Shown: one piece after another, positions 55,065-64,000 of the stretch
Position numbering within the stretch: position 1 is the first letter of the stretch
How the letters are laid out: every line of letters starts with the position of its first letter
Assembly (NCBI GenBank): GCA_963800555.1
Contig: CAWDBH010000010.1
Coordinates: 24,765 to 88,764, forward strand
Reading direction: 5' to 3'
Length of the DNA: 64,000 nucleotides
Source: an uncultured Candidatus Micrarchaeota archaeon
GTDB lineage: Archaea > Micrarchaeota > Micrarchaeia > Anstonellales > Bilamarchaeaceae
Program-made: the position numbers and the translations under genes
The notes under the pieces: generated by a model
Databases searched by the model: none
What the model saw: only the letters and a program-made list of their open reading frames with translations
What the model was told of the DNA's origin: nothing

Positions 55065-57200
55065 ATGAAAAAGTATTTAAATCACGCGTCAGGATATCAT
55101 CTAATGACCTCCCTCAAACCGTTCGTCCTGCTAATGCTAGCGTTCGGAATAATCAGCGCTTTCAGCGTTTCGGATTATCTTCATCCAACTGAGGCGAAAG
55201 CGGTCGTGCAATACACCAATTTCACTTTGGGAGGAACACCCTACTCCATCATAAGCATCAATGGAGCAGACACGTTCCTTCTCAGCGGAGGGAATCCTGT
55301 TTCTAAAAAATCGGATATCGAAGCGATATTGAACTCCTACTACTCCACGTTCTATCTCCCGTCGTCAGCGGATCTAGATAACCTCGAAAACCTCCTCCAG
55401 TTGTATAACGCCAGCAGGAACGACGGCGGGTTATTCAAAGGCGAAGAGGAATACGCCTGCCGTAACATCCTATTCATAGATGGCAAGCAGAAATCTCCGA
55501 CAGGCCAGACGATAGTCTGCCGCAACGAAAGCGATGATATCCTCTGCCAGGACGCGGCTAATCTTATGTTCGAGTACCTCATGAACGCCCCGTCAGGTCC
55601 TCCTGTAAGTTCTGCCGGTGATTTGACCCCTATGATCGAGCAGTTCGGATTCGCTAGCTATGGCACCGACGCTATCCTGTCGAACGACGTGTCTCTGCTG
55701 GGAGCGGCCCAGAGCGATCCTACGCAGACGCCTGCCGCATTGACTTACCTTCAGAATACGACCCCGCAGCTCTCTATTTTCGGATCGCAGATGGAAAGCA
55801 GTATCTTCACCATGAATCCAAACGGCACGACCTGGGGGCTCTGCCCCGATATATCTTTCAACCACGCTGCACTCACCACCATCAATTCATTAGTCACGAA
55901 CCTGAGCGCCAAGATAGCGCCATACCAGAACCTGGATTCCGTCTCCACGTCAATCGCGAACAATACCGCAACCCGGCTCGCGTATTTCAACGACAAAACC
56001 CAGGCCGTGATGTATAACAATGAATTCGCCAGCCTAAACACAAGCGGCGCCGCAGCGATCTCGCTCGGTCAATCCACCGTAGTGCACGTAAGCGACGGTG
56101 TTCTATCATCCGATCTGGACAATCTCACGGCCCTCCAGTCTGATATCCCGCAGGACATATACACGAACGATTTCACCAATTTAGCTTCGGAGCTATCGCA
56201 ATACGGCAATCTGACGATCGTGGTCCGAAACCTATCGTCTACAGATATGGATTCTTACAACCGGGCCCTAAATGCCAAGACTTCGGTCAATTCGATGCTC
56301 CTGATGATCGAGACATCGGATTCAGATTTCGTCACATTGAATACGCTTGGTGCCCTCCAGAACGAGACGCAGGATCTCGATGCCCGTTTCCGGGACGGCC
56401 TTACCCCCGCGGAGTTCGATGCCCTGGCTTCCAACTACACCGCCATAGAAAGCAGCGCCACCCCATTGCTGAACAACAGCGAACAGCCGCCTGCGACGAG
56501 GCTCTTGACCTTGTTCCGGGGCTTCACGAGAAGGGTTAATGTAGGGATCGACAATCTGGCTTTGCAAACCAATATCACCACACAGAGCATTCCGAAAGGG
56601 TTCATACCTCTCGGAGCGTTCTCAGCACTGGTTTTCCTGTCATTCTCATCAATCGCAATAGTGGTCTTCCTCTTCATCTTCTCCACATTGAGGTTCAGCG
56701 TGCCCAAGACCGGTCAAATACTAGCGGTGGCGTTCCTATGCGTTATGATCGCGTTGGCGAGCTTCACCGTCTTCATGTTCATTTTCCTCGGTAAAACTTC
56801 GACCGATGCGAACCTGCAGGAGTTCATGGGGGATTTCAGCTCCAAGAACAGCACCGCCATCTTCCTTGATCTTACGAACACATCATCCGTCTCGGACGCG
56901 AGCGCCATGCAATCCTGCGCGAACATCCTGGCGGATTCGCTTGAGGCTCAGAATAAGACGTGGTCCATGTACACCATCTCCCAGACCGCATGCACCCTCA
57001 CGCCAGAAAAAGGCGCTAACTCCAGCATGGCCGTCGGCGATTGCATGAACCTGAGCGAAAACGCGCCATCCTCATTCGTCCTGGATTACTCTCCGACCGA
57101 CCAAGTCCCCAAATTCACGATCATCTACCAGGATAAGGCTCTAATCAGTGGTAATTCGGATTATTATAACTCATGCCCGCTGGTGGCATTCTTCAACTGA
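55065..57200 (+). CDS. large surface-exposed membrane protein, rich in N-glycosylation sequons
   Basis: N-terminal TM, a ~480-aa Ser/Thr/Asn-rich ectodomain with about 20 NxS/T sequons by eye, then two TM segments and a further domain. Confidence 0.55.
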   Translation: MKKYLNHASGYHLMTSLKPFVLLMLAFGIISAFSVSDYLHPTEAKAVVQYTNFTLGGTPYSIISINGADTFLLSGGNPVSKKSDIEAILNSYYSTFYLPSSADLDNLENLLQLYNASRNDGGLFKGEEEYACRNILFIDGKQKSPTGQTIVCRNESDDILCQDAANLMFEYLMNAPSGPPVSSAGDLTPMIEQFGFASYGTDAILSNDVSLLGAAQSDPTQTPAALTYLQNTTPQLSIFGSQMESSIFTMNPNGTTWGLCPDISFNHAALTTINSLVTNLSAKIAPYQNLDSVSTSIANNTATRLAYFNDKTQAVMYNNEFASLNTSGAAAISLGQSTVVHVSDGVLSSDLDNLTALQSDIPQDIYTNDFTNLASELSQYGNLTIVVRNLSSTDMDSYNRALNAKTSVNSMLLMIETSDSDFVTLNTLGALQNETQDLDARFRDGLTPAEFDALASNYTAIESSATPLLNNSEQPPATRLLTLFRGFTRRVNVGIDNLALQTNITTQSIPKGFIPLGAFSALVFLSFSSIAIVVFLFIFSTLRFSVPKTGQILAVAFLCVMIALASFTVFMFIFLGKTSTDANLQEFMGDFSSKNSTAIFLDLTNTSSVSDASAMQSCANILADSLEAQNKTWSMYTISQTACTLTPEKGANSSMAVGDCMNLSENAPSSFVLDYSPTDQVPKFTIIYQDKALISGNSDYYNSCPLVAFFN

Positions 57201-57841
57201 TGTCTATGGCAAAAAAAGGAACCACTAAAGCGAAATCCGCCTCGTCCAATAAACCGGTGCGGTCTGGCAGCGATAATCCATCCGAAGGCTCTGATATCCA
57301 GAAGAAACCCGAAGAATATTCGCTGGATATCCCGGAGGCTCAGGAACCGAAGAAGGCGGGGCAAAAGAAGCCCTCATCGGATCGGTGGAAATATGTCGCG
57401 GTGTTCATCCTCGCGGTATTGGTCATAATCTTCGCGGTCTTTTACTTCATATCTTCATCAACCGACTTTGTGCCGGGCCAGAGCGTTACGCCCGCCCAAT
57501 TCCAGAATGAACTCGTCTCTGCCGGAAAAGTATTTATCTTGATGGACGTGCGCGGAGCGCAGAATGCCAGTGTCAGGGGTAGCATCATGCAATGCGGGGT
57601 CGACTTCGCTGAGAGCACATATCTTGGAAGCAAGAATGTCAGTCCCCTCTCTTTCGATAATAAGGAATGCACCGATGCGAACGGGACCCGTCCGCTCTCC
57701 GAATGCGCATCCGAGCTCAAGGACGGCATCACTATAGACATACGCGCGGGCCAGCCCGCGGTCAGGTACTTCTCAAACGGGATGCTCGTGACCGTCGGTC
57801 CGGAATACACGCTCGGCAGCTGTGGGATAAACTCGTCCTGA
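57200..57841 (+). CDS. membrane-anchored hypothetical protein
   Basis: ATG overlaps the upstream stop (TGATG). Lys/Ser-rich N-terminus, a single TM (YVAVFILAVLVIIFAVFYFI) and a Cys-containing ectodomain. Confidence 0.5.
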   Translation: MSMAKKGTTKAKSASSNKPVRSGSDNPSEGSDIQKKPEEYSLDIPEAQEPKKAGQKKPSSDRWKYVAVFILAVLVIIFAVFYFISSSTDFVPGQSVTPAQFQNELVSAGKVFILMDVRGAQNASVRGSIMQCGVDFAESTYLGSKNVSPLSFDNKECTDANGTRPLSECASELKDGITIDIRAGQPAVRYFSNGMLVTVGPEYTLGSCGINSS

Positions 57842-57842
57842 G

Positions 57843-59048
57843 CTACCTTGTCTTGTATCTCAGGAAAGCCCCGATGCCTCCGAAGCCCGTGAAGAACTGG
57901 TTGCCTTCCACGGTCTCGGTGGAGATTATCTCGACTTCGATGTCGCTCTGCCTTGCCAGGTCAGTGAGCTCGTCTATGAGCAGCTCCTTTGTCTGGAGCT
58001 TGGCCTGCCCGTTGCATTTCGGGCAGATGATCGTGTCATCAGGCCTCTCGCGGAAGACCTTTTTCGTTTCCTCGCCGCACGAGGGGCATTTATACACCCC
58101 GGTGAGATGGGTGAGCCCTTCAGAGAGCAGGATCTTCTCGGCTTGCCGGGAGGCTATAGCTTCGCGCACCTGCTTCTCCCCGTAGGTCGCAAGCCCCTCG
58201 TTGACCACGCTTTTTATGAAACGGTCGACCAGAATCTTCTCTTTCACGGCTTCCTGCTCGGCGAGTATATTCTCGCTTTTGGCCAGCACTTCCCGGACGC
58301 CGTATTCGTCGGTATAACCCGTATCGACGACCCCAAGCACCTTTATCTGATAGTTGAAAGGGCTCATCTTCATGAAGAACTCCTTGGTGGGGCCTGGTCC
58401 GCCCACGATGACGCCTTTCACGCGGTTCAGGAATGCGGCGTCCATGGCGACTCCGACGCGTTTGTAGTAGACCTCTATCGCCTCTTCGATCAGCCTCTCA
58501 TAACGGCGAGCCGATTGCCCTCCCTTCCTTATCTTCGCATGGGCTGTCGAGTTCAGCTTCTTGATGATATTGATGTTGGTGCCTTTCACGATTGCGACGC
58601 ACGCCTCCCTTCCGTCCATGACCACGATCCCGTACGAATCCTTGGTGCCCATTATCGCCTGGAGCGGTTCGAGGAAGAAGCGGCTGTCGCACCGGTACGC
58701 CCCGATATTGAGGGGCTCGGGGGGTTCTATAGCGAAAAGCGCGATATCCACCTTCGCCACGTTATCCGATATGTTCCCGCAAAAGACGGCGAGGCCGTTT
58801 GCCGGAGTCCTCTTATAGAGCTTGAAATGGTTCATGATCCTTTCCAGGGCCCCGAGCACGCTCAGCTTGGTGGATTTGGATTTGATGTTGCTCGCTTGGC
58901 TGGCCTCTTCGCGCAGCTTGTTGTTCATCTCGTGGATAGGCGAGCCTGCCGGTATGTAGACCGAGATCAGCTCGGTACCGTTGCCATGGTACTCCTCGAG
59001 CTTCCGGAGCTGTCTCTTGAGCTGGAAAATCTTTTCGCTATCAGCCAT
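57843..59048 (-). CDS. prf1: peptide chain release factor aRF1
   Basis: NIKS (ASNIKSKS) and GGQ (KGGQSARRY) motifs, plus a C-terminal zinc ribbon CPSCG...CPKC. 401 aa. Confidence 0.9.
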   Translation of the reverse strand: MADSEKIFQLKRQLRKLEEYHGNGTELISVYIPAGSPIHEMNNKLREEASQASNIKSKSTKLSVLGALERIMNHFKLYKRTPANGLAVFCGNISDNVAKVDIALFAIEPPEPLNIGAYRCDSRFFLEPLQAIMGTKDSYGIVVMDGREACVAIVKGTNINIIKKLNSTAHAKIRKGGQSARRYERLIEEAIEVYYKRVGVAMDAAFLNRVKGVIVGGPGPTKEFFMKMSPFNYQIKVLGVVDTGYTDEYGVREVLAKSENILAEQEAVKEKILVDRFIKSVVNEGLATYGEKQVREAIASRQAEKILLSEGLTHLTGVYKCPSCGEETKKVFRERPDDTIICPKCNGQAKLQTKELLIDELTDLARQSDIEVEIISTETVEGNQFFTGFGGIGAFLRYKTR

Positions 59049-59162
59049 TTTTCTTCTTCACCTTGACTGCACTGGCAGTATGAACGTGTATATGTCACCA
59101 TGAAAAGTTTTAAAGAGAAGCTGGATGGGGCAGAAGAAAAAAATATTAAAAATTTGAAAAAA

Positions 59163-59732
59163 TCAGACTGATTCTACTCGTCCGTCAAGATAATATTTCA
59201 AGCCCACGATTTTGAGCTCTCCCTTCTCGAGCTTCTCCTTCACTACCGGGCTCTTCTTGAGCTTCGAGATCATCTTCTTGACGTTTATCGAAGCGGCTTG
59301 CTCTATCTCAGCGCCCTTCTCGCCTCCTTTCTTGGCTCTCTTGATGGCAGGTGCGATTTTCTTGATTATAGCTCCGATGCACCCTTCGGCATGGCCGCCA
59401 TCGTACGCCGCAGTGACCGCGCCGCATTTCTCATGCCCCAGTACTATGAGCAAAGGCGTATGGAGATGGCCTACCGCATACTCCACGGAGCCTATCCCTA
59501 TCTTATCCACGACGTTGCCCGCGCTTTCGACCTTGAACACCTCGCCCAGGCCGACATCGAATATGAATTCAGGCACGACCCTGGAATCCGAGCATGACAC
59601 CACCGTCGCGATCGGCTGCTGGCCGTTCTTCAGCTCTTCCCTTCTCGCTGCGTGGTTCCTGGCTTCCATTGTGCCGGCCAAAAACCGTTTGTTGCCATCC
59701 ATCAGCTTCGCTAATGCTTCTTCTCCGTTCAT
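59163..59732 (-). CDS. beta-class carbonic anhydrase
   Basis: VVSCSDSRVVPE (CxDxR) and LIVLGHEKCGAV (HxxC). Confidence 0.85.
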   Translation of the reverse strand: MNGEEALAKLMDGNKRFLAGTMEARNHAARREELKNGQQPIATVVSCSDSRVVPEFIFDVGLGEVFKVESAGNVVDKIGIGSVEYAVGHLHTPLLIVLGHEKCGAVTAAYDGGHAEGCIGAIIKKIAPAIKRAKKGGEKGAEIEQAASINVKKMISKLKKSPVVKEKLEKGELKIVGLKYYLDGRVESV

Positions 59733-59797
59733 GGTTTCACCCTTGTTCGTCCCCCAAAGGTGAAATGCTTCTAGAGTTTAAAAGCCTTGGGCCTGGC

Positions 59798-61003
59798 TCA
59801 GAACTGATGCCCCTTCATATGCGGGGTCACGGCGCATATCGGCACTGCTGGTTTGTATTCCACGTGCCAATCCACGCCCAGAGCCGGATTGAGCATCCTC
59901 AGGGACCTGCCATCGAAAGCGGTCGCCGTTATAAGATCGGGATCTATATTGTTAAGGGCGACGCGCGCTTCTTTGATGTTCATAGCGAAATCCAAGCTCG
60001 TGGCCACCGTAACGACATGGCCGTTGCCATCGGCATGCCCTTCGGTCCTTGTGCCAAGCACATGCTTCCTGCGATAATCATCAGAACCTTTGTCTCCTGT
60101 AGACATGATGACCTCACCGGTCTCAGTGAGATCCACGGTTATGTCGAATGTCTGGTTCGGAGGCACTCTGAAGAGGTATTTCGGGCTGTCAGGGGTATTC
60201 GGTTTCAACCTCGCGTCCACGCAGCAGATGCCGCCTACTTCAAGGAGAGAGACTCCTGGATCGAGGACGGTCCTCAGGTCGAGTGGATCGTAGATGAACG
60301 CACTATGAGCGTAGTGCGCATTAAGATCTATCCCTTTCTGAACCACCCTTTCAAGGCCTCTTGAGAGCTGGAGTTTCAGTGCATAGAGCTTGGAGTGGGC
60401 TCCAAACAATTTATCTTCGGTCCAGTCCACCCTGTTCATCGGGAAATACTGTATCTCTTTGCAGTTCGAGCATATGGCGACCAGCACCGTAAGGTTAAAT
60501 CTCTTTATCAAATCGGAGAATTCGGGATCATCCAGTATCTTCTGTGCCTGGAATTTGGCGTTTTCGAATTCGGCGGCTGGAGAATCCAGGCCGTGCACAT
60601 CAGGCGAAATCCGATTGAGCAGGTCCAATACCGGCTGGGTTTCATCAAGCTTTTTGCCTTTCGCGGCGGCTTTTATGGCCGCTTTCTTAGCGCCCACCGC
60701 GCCGCATGGAATGATGCCGCCATGACCCAATACCACGAATGCGCCACCCGGGCGGATGGACCTCAGCATCCTGCCGACCTCTTCGCGGGATTCCTTCTCA
60801 TCCAGGCCTATAGCCTGACCGGCGATGCGGTTGAAGCTCACTGCCGTGAGGGTCGAAGGATACGTCCTTTCCTGGAAATGGATGAAGCCTTCGACAAGAA
60901 GGCACGCAGAATCGAAAGGGGAGATGGTCTTCGCGTTCTTCACCGCTGCGACGACTTCGGGTTTTCTGGTTTCTCTCCATTTTGTCAGGTTGGGCTGAGC
61001 CAT
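59798..61003 (-). CDS. two-domain beta-carbonic-anhydrase-like protein with split or degenerate zinc ligands
   Basis: The N-half has VVLGHGGIIPCGAV but SFNRIA where CxDxR is expected. The C-half has ICCVDARL (CxDxR) but no HxxC. The by-eye alignment to the adjacent CA is colinear. Confidence 0.45.
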   Translation of the reverse strand: MAQPNLTKWRETRKPEVVAAVKNAKTISPFDSACLLVEGFIHFQERTYPSTLTAVSFNRIAGQAIGLDEKESREEVGRMLRSIRPGGAFVVLGHGGIIPCGAVGAKKAAIKAAAKGKKLDETQPVLDLLNRISPDVHGLDSPAAEFENAKFQAQKILDDPEFSDLIKRFNLTVLVAICSNCKEIQYFPMNRVDWTEDKLFGAHSKLYALKLQLSRGLERVVQKGIDLNAHYAHSAFIYDPLDLRTVLDPGVSLLEVGGICCVDARLKPNTPDSPKYLFRVPPNQTFDITVDLTETGEVIMSTGDKGSDDYRRKHVLGTRTEGHADGNGHVVTVATSLDFAMNIKEARVALNNIDPDLITATAFDGRSLRMLNPALGVDWHVEYKPAVPICAVTPHMKGHQF

Positions 61004-61141
61004 ATAATCACTATTGCTGGTTGTATTCTATTTATATTATAATTTATGTATAATAGTGCTTATAAATCTTTTCTGCTTTGCTGCATGGTCCCTGATAGCA
61101 ATTCGTCGGTAACATTTTTTAACCTTTTTGACGCCATCGGG

Positions 61142-61507
61142 TTATTTTTCCCTGAGCTCTTGGACAGATGCGTTAAGAATCCTGCTGCTAGCTAGGCTGA
61201 GCCTCAGCCTGATGATGGTTTCATTCCTGGGGTCAATGCATTTCCCGCTAAAAAACCTGCCAACTGTAGCGCGCTCCGCGACTACCGACCCATCGCCGGA
61301 CCTAGTTATTTCGACTGTGTATCCACTCGTTTCAGTTCGTTCCTTAAACTCTAAATTATAATTCCCTACGCGTTCAGGGCTCGGAAGACCAAGCGGATGA
61401 TCGTTCAATGGATTTCTTGATTGGAAATCCAAAACCTTGCCGGGGCTAGTAGTGAAGGTGGTGACGTACGCTGTTCTCTTTCCAATACTTTTAGTGTGGG
61501 GGTTCAT
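61142..61507 (-). CDS. hypothetical protein
   Basis: 121-aa ORF with no motif. Confidence 0.4.
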   Translation of the reverse strand: MNPHTKSIGKRTAYVTTFTTSPGKVLDFQSRNPLNDHPLGLPSPERVGNYNLEFKERTETSGYTVEITRSGDGSVVAERATVGRFFSGKCIDPRNETIIRLRLSLASSRILNASVQELREK

Positions 61508-61621
61508 GAATATCTATTATGCCCAGAGCAGTTTAAATAGTGTGCGTTTTAATCACATATATCCATTTTACAACAATATATCCTTATCTAGACGTCCGAT
61601 GAGTATGATTATTATTTTGGG

Positions 61622-64000
61622 ATGGTCTATCTGCCCATGGCAAGAATGCTGGCGAAGAGTCTTGGGGGTGGCGTGGTCAGATGCCTGGCATGCAACCGCT
61701 ATTGCGTAATAAAAGAGGGGAATGCCGGTTTCTGCGGAGTCAGGGCCAATGTCAAGGGGAAGCTCACTTTAACCGTGCATAGCAAACCCGCAGCGGTGTG
61801 GGTGGATCCGATCGAGAAGAAGCCGTTCTTCCATTTCCTCCCAGGCAGCACGAGCTTCTCGCTCGGCACGTACGGATGCAATTTTGCATGCGACTTCTGT
61901 TTCGTCCCGGATACCAATATTGTAAACGACGATTCCATAAAACGGCTCGATGAGGCGTTCGAAGAATGCACGAAGAAAATCCAGAAACCGGATGGCGAAA
62001 TCGGGTTCGCGAACGGCAGAAAAACGATAACTGCCAAAGGAATAAGAAAAAATATTGATAAGGTGTTCATGCACCATTATGATGGCGATATGCTTACAAT
62101 CAAGCCTAGGCACGCACCGTCGGTGACATGCACACCTGAGCACCGTTTCTTTGTTTACAAGAATGCTGTTGTCGGGAAAGTACCTGCCGCAGATCTGAAG
62201 ATCGGAGATCTTTTGCTGGTTCCTAAGCTCAAGCCAAAGAATGAGGATACGGTGATTGACGCAAGGAAAATCCTCGAGAATCACATCTCCAGGATAAAGA
62301 AAGCAAGAAAGCTGGACAAAAATGGTCTGAATAAGCTGCTCAAGCTGAAAAAATCTGGGAAGACTTCTAGAGAGATAGGTAAGATACTTCGTATGCATCC
62401 AGCCTATTTGAGGAAACTTCTCGGCAATTTGAAAAGAACTGGGATAACTGAGGATACATTCTCCCACGACAATATCATCATAGAAGATGGGGCCCGTCTC
62501 CGCTACAAGATGGAAAAAGGGAATGGTATACCATCATTCCTCGATGTAAACGAGGAATTCGCAGAGTTGCTCGGTTACTATTGTGCCGAAGGAAATACCG
62601 CGAAACCACGTGCAAGACCTAGTTCATATAACGTCGTTTTCTCTTATGGTAAGCATGAAAAACATCTCATAGAAAGAACTGCGGTCCTACTGAATAAAAT
62701 ATTCAGAGTCAAGCCTAAATTACTCCGCAGGAGGACTACGATCACGGTAGAAGTTAGCGGGTCTTCGCTTGGTATATTGTTCAAGGAACTCTGCGGAGAA
62801 AGAGCGAAACACAAAAAGGTGCCGTCGCAAGTCGCGCGTTCGAGAGTGGCTGTGATTAACTCGTTCATGAAAGCCTTTCTGGCAGGAGACGGCTGCATCA
62901 TGAAGGACAAGATAGCATTCAACAGCGTCTCGAAGAAACTGGCTCTGGGGTTATACAATCTCCTCCTCCTTCTCGGTTACCTTCCCAGTTTCTACGAATG
63001 GGTGCCTCCCAAGAAAAAGATGATCGAGGGAAGAATCGTCAACCAGTCCACGTTATACTATGTAAAACTGCAAGCCGAGAAATTCAGGAATGGTTTCCTT
63101 GGAAACGATTGCAAACCTCGGAAAAAAAGCGAAGAAAACTTGAAATTCAAGGAAACCGATAGCCACTGGTTAGTCCCGATATTCAAGATAGAAAAAAGCC
63201 GTTACCATGGTCCGGTTTATAACTGCGAAGTTGACGGGGATCATTCTTATCTGGCTAATTTCATAGCTGTATGCAACTGCCAGAATTGGGACCTCAGCCA
63301 GGCACCCGCGGAACTGCGAGCGAAGAACCCGTCCAAATGGAAGGAGTACTTCAAGAACCTCGTGGATAAGGTGGAAGCCTGGCCGCCGGAACGCGTTGTG
63401 GAAGAAGCAATCCGGAGCGGATGCCGTTCAATCGCGTTCACCTACAGCGAACCCACGATATTCACGGAATACGCGCTCGATGTTATGAAGCTAGCTCGGA
63501 AAAAAGGCCTGAAGGGAGTATATGTCACGAACGGATACGAGTCGTCCGAATGCTGGAAGGCGATCAAAGGTCACATCGATGCGGCGAACATAGATCTCAA
63601 GGCCTATAACCAGAGATTCTACACGGAACTGTGCAAAACCCCGAATTTCGAAAAGATCAAAGAGTCCATAATACTCGCCAAAAAACTCGGCATCTGGGTG
63701 GAAGTGACCACTCTCATAGTGCCTGGTTGGAACGATAATGAGAACGAGCTCAACGAAGAGGCCAAGTGGCTGACATCCGTGGACCCTCTGATGCCTTGGC
63801 ATGTGACCGCATTCCATCCCGACTACAAGATGCGCGATACCGAGGAAACGACCCCGGAAAGCCTCGTTAGGGCGCGCGAGATAGCCAAGATGGCCGGTCT
63901 CAAATACGTCTATTGCGGTAACGTCTCCCTGGCATATTCGGAATACGAGACTACGGCCTGCCATAAATGCGGGAAAACGCTGGTTTCGAGATACGGATAC
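61622..64000 (+). CDS. PflA/AmrS-like radical SAM enzyme containing an intein (3' end outside window)
   Basis: The frame is open from ATG 61622 to the window end and is not in the ORF track because it has no stop. Exteins: VRCLACNRYCVIKEGNAGFCGVR...DPIEKKPFFHFLPGSTSFSLGTYGCNFACDF + CQNWDLSQ...IAFTYSEPTIF...VTNGY...TACHKCGKTL. Confidence 0.85.
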   Translation, partial: MVYLPMARMLAKSLGGGVVRCLACNRYCVIKEGNAGFCGVRANVKGKLTLTVHSKPAAVWVDPIEKKPFFHFLPGSTSFSLGTYGCNFACDFCFVPDTNIVNDDSIKRLDEAFEECTKKIQKPDGEIGFANGRKTITAKGIRKNIDKVFMHHYDGDMLTIKPRHAPSVTCTPEHRFFVYKNAVVGKVPAADLKIGDLLLVPKLKPKNEDTVIDARKILENHISRIKKARKLDKNGLNKLLKLKKSGKTSREIGKILRMHPAYLRKLLGNLKRTGITEDTFSHDNIIIEDGARLRYKMEKGNGIPSFLDVNEEFAELLGYYCAEGNTAKPRARPSSYNVVFSYGKHEKHLIERTAVLLNKIFRVKPKLLRRRTTITVEVSGSSLGILFKELCGERAKHKKVPSQVARSRVAVINSFMKAFLAGDGCIMKDKIAFNSVSKKLALGLYNLLLLLGYLPSFYEWVPPKKKMIEGRIVNQSTLYYVKLQAEKFRNGFLGNDCKPRKKSEENLKFKETDSHWLVPIFKIEKSRYHGPVYNCEVDGDHSYLANFIAVCNCQNWDLSQAPAELRAKNPSKWKEYFKNLVDKVEAWPPERVVEEAIRSGCRSIAFTYSEPTIFTEYALDVMKLARKKGLKGVYVTNGYESSECWKAIKGHIDAANIDLKAYNQRFYTELCKTPNFEKIKESIILAKKLGIWVEVTTLIVPGWNDNENELNEEAKWLTSVDPLMPWHVTAFHPDYKMRDTEETTPESLVRAREIAKMAGLKYVYCGNVSLAYSEYETTACHKCGKTLVSRYGY
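61898..63277 (+). mobile_element. intein with LAGLIDADG homing-endonuclease domain (460 codons)
   Basis: Starts CFVPDTNIV (block A), then TPEHRFFV (block B), LLGYYCAEGN and FLAGDGCI (LAGLIDADG motifs) and GPVYNCEVDGDHSYLAN (block F). It ends FIAVCN, followed by Cys. Translation was checked codon by codon. Confidence 0.85.

Noticed and set aside
61699-62467. Minus-strand ORFs of 123 and 232 aa (also 62644..62958 and 63491..63964)
   Set aside because: They are antisense to the intein/radical SAM reading frame. That frame was verified codon by codon and carries clear intein and radical SAM motifs.

Overview
Archaeal chromosomal segment. Evidence for Archaea: eL32/eL19/eL40 ribosomal proteins, aEF-2, aRF1, Orc1/Cdc6, RNase P Rpp21 and two intron-containing tRNAs. 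Coding is dense on both strands. GC is mostly in the mid-50s % by hand count of a few lines. The left end is the 3' half of the spc ribosomal cluster (uL6-eL32-eL19-uL18-uS5-uL30-uL15-SecY), followed by a MiaB/MtaB-like enzyme and AdkA. Other housekeeping genes: SerRS, CysRS, uS12-uS7 and aEF-2 (separated by a ~4.5 kb insert), UvrB-UvrA-UvrC, a DEAD-box helicase, an ABC-2 exporter, Mre11, GGPP synthase, an NMD3-like protein and beta-carbonic anhydrase. Main observations: (1) A 460-codon LAGLIDADG-type intein sits inside the CX3CX2C cluster motif of a PflA/AmrS-like radical SAM gene at 61.6-64 kb. The host ORF is missing from the ORF track because it has no stop codon in the window. (2) A ~3.9 kb AT-rich island (39.2-43.1 kb) carries a minimal permuted N4/N6-type methyltransferase, an AAA ATPase, an HNH nuclease and a DUF3024-like gene, all on one strand. 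This is a candidate uncharacterised R-M/defence-like module. (3) Two paralogous Cys-rich secreted proteins share a repeated CxxxCC-x3-GGT module and a common C-terminal anchor. (4) Tandem paralogous methyltransferases are driven from a palindromic TATA box. (5) There are degenerate paralogues of beta-carbonic anhydrase and of archaemetzincin. (6) Five conserved genes (uvrB, DEAD-box helicase, ABC-2 permease, AAA ATPase, GGPP synthase) are interrupted by single-base indels, uvrA lacks a canonical start next to an A5 run, and a seventh, weaker case is a small membrane gene. All lie at short homopolymers, which most likely reflects sequence or assembly error rather than pseudogenisation. No CRISPR array, rRNA, transposase or integrase was seen. 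All calls rest on by-eye motif recognition and manual translation; no database search or folding program was run.
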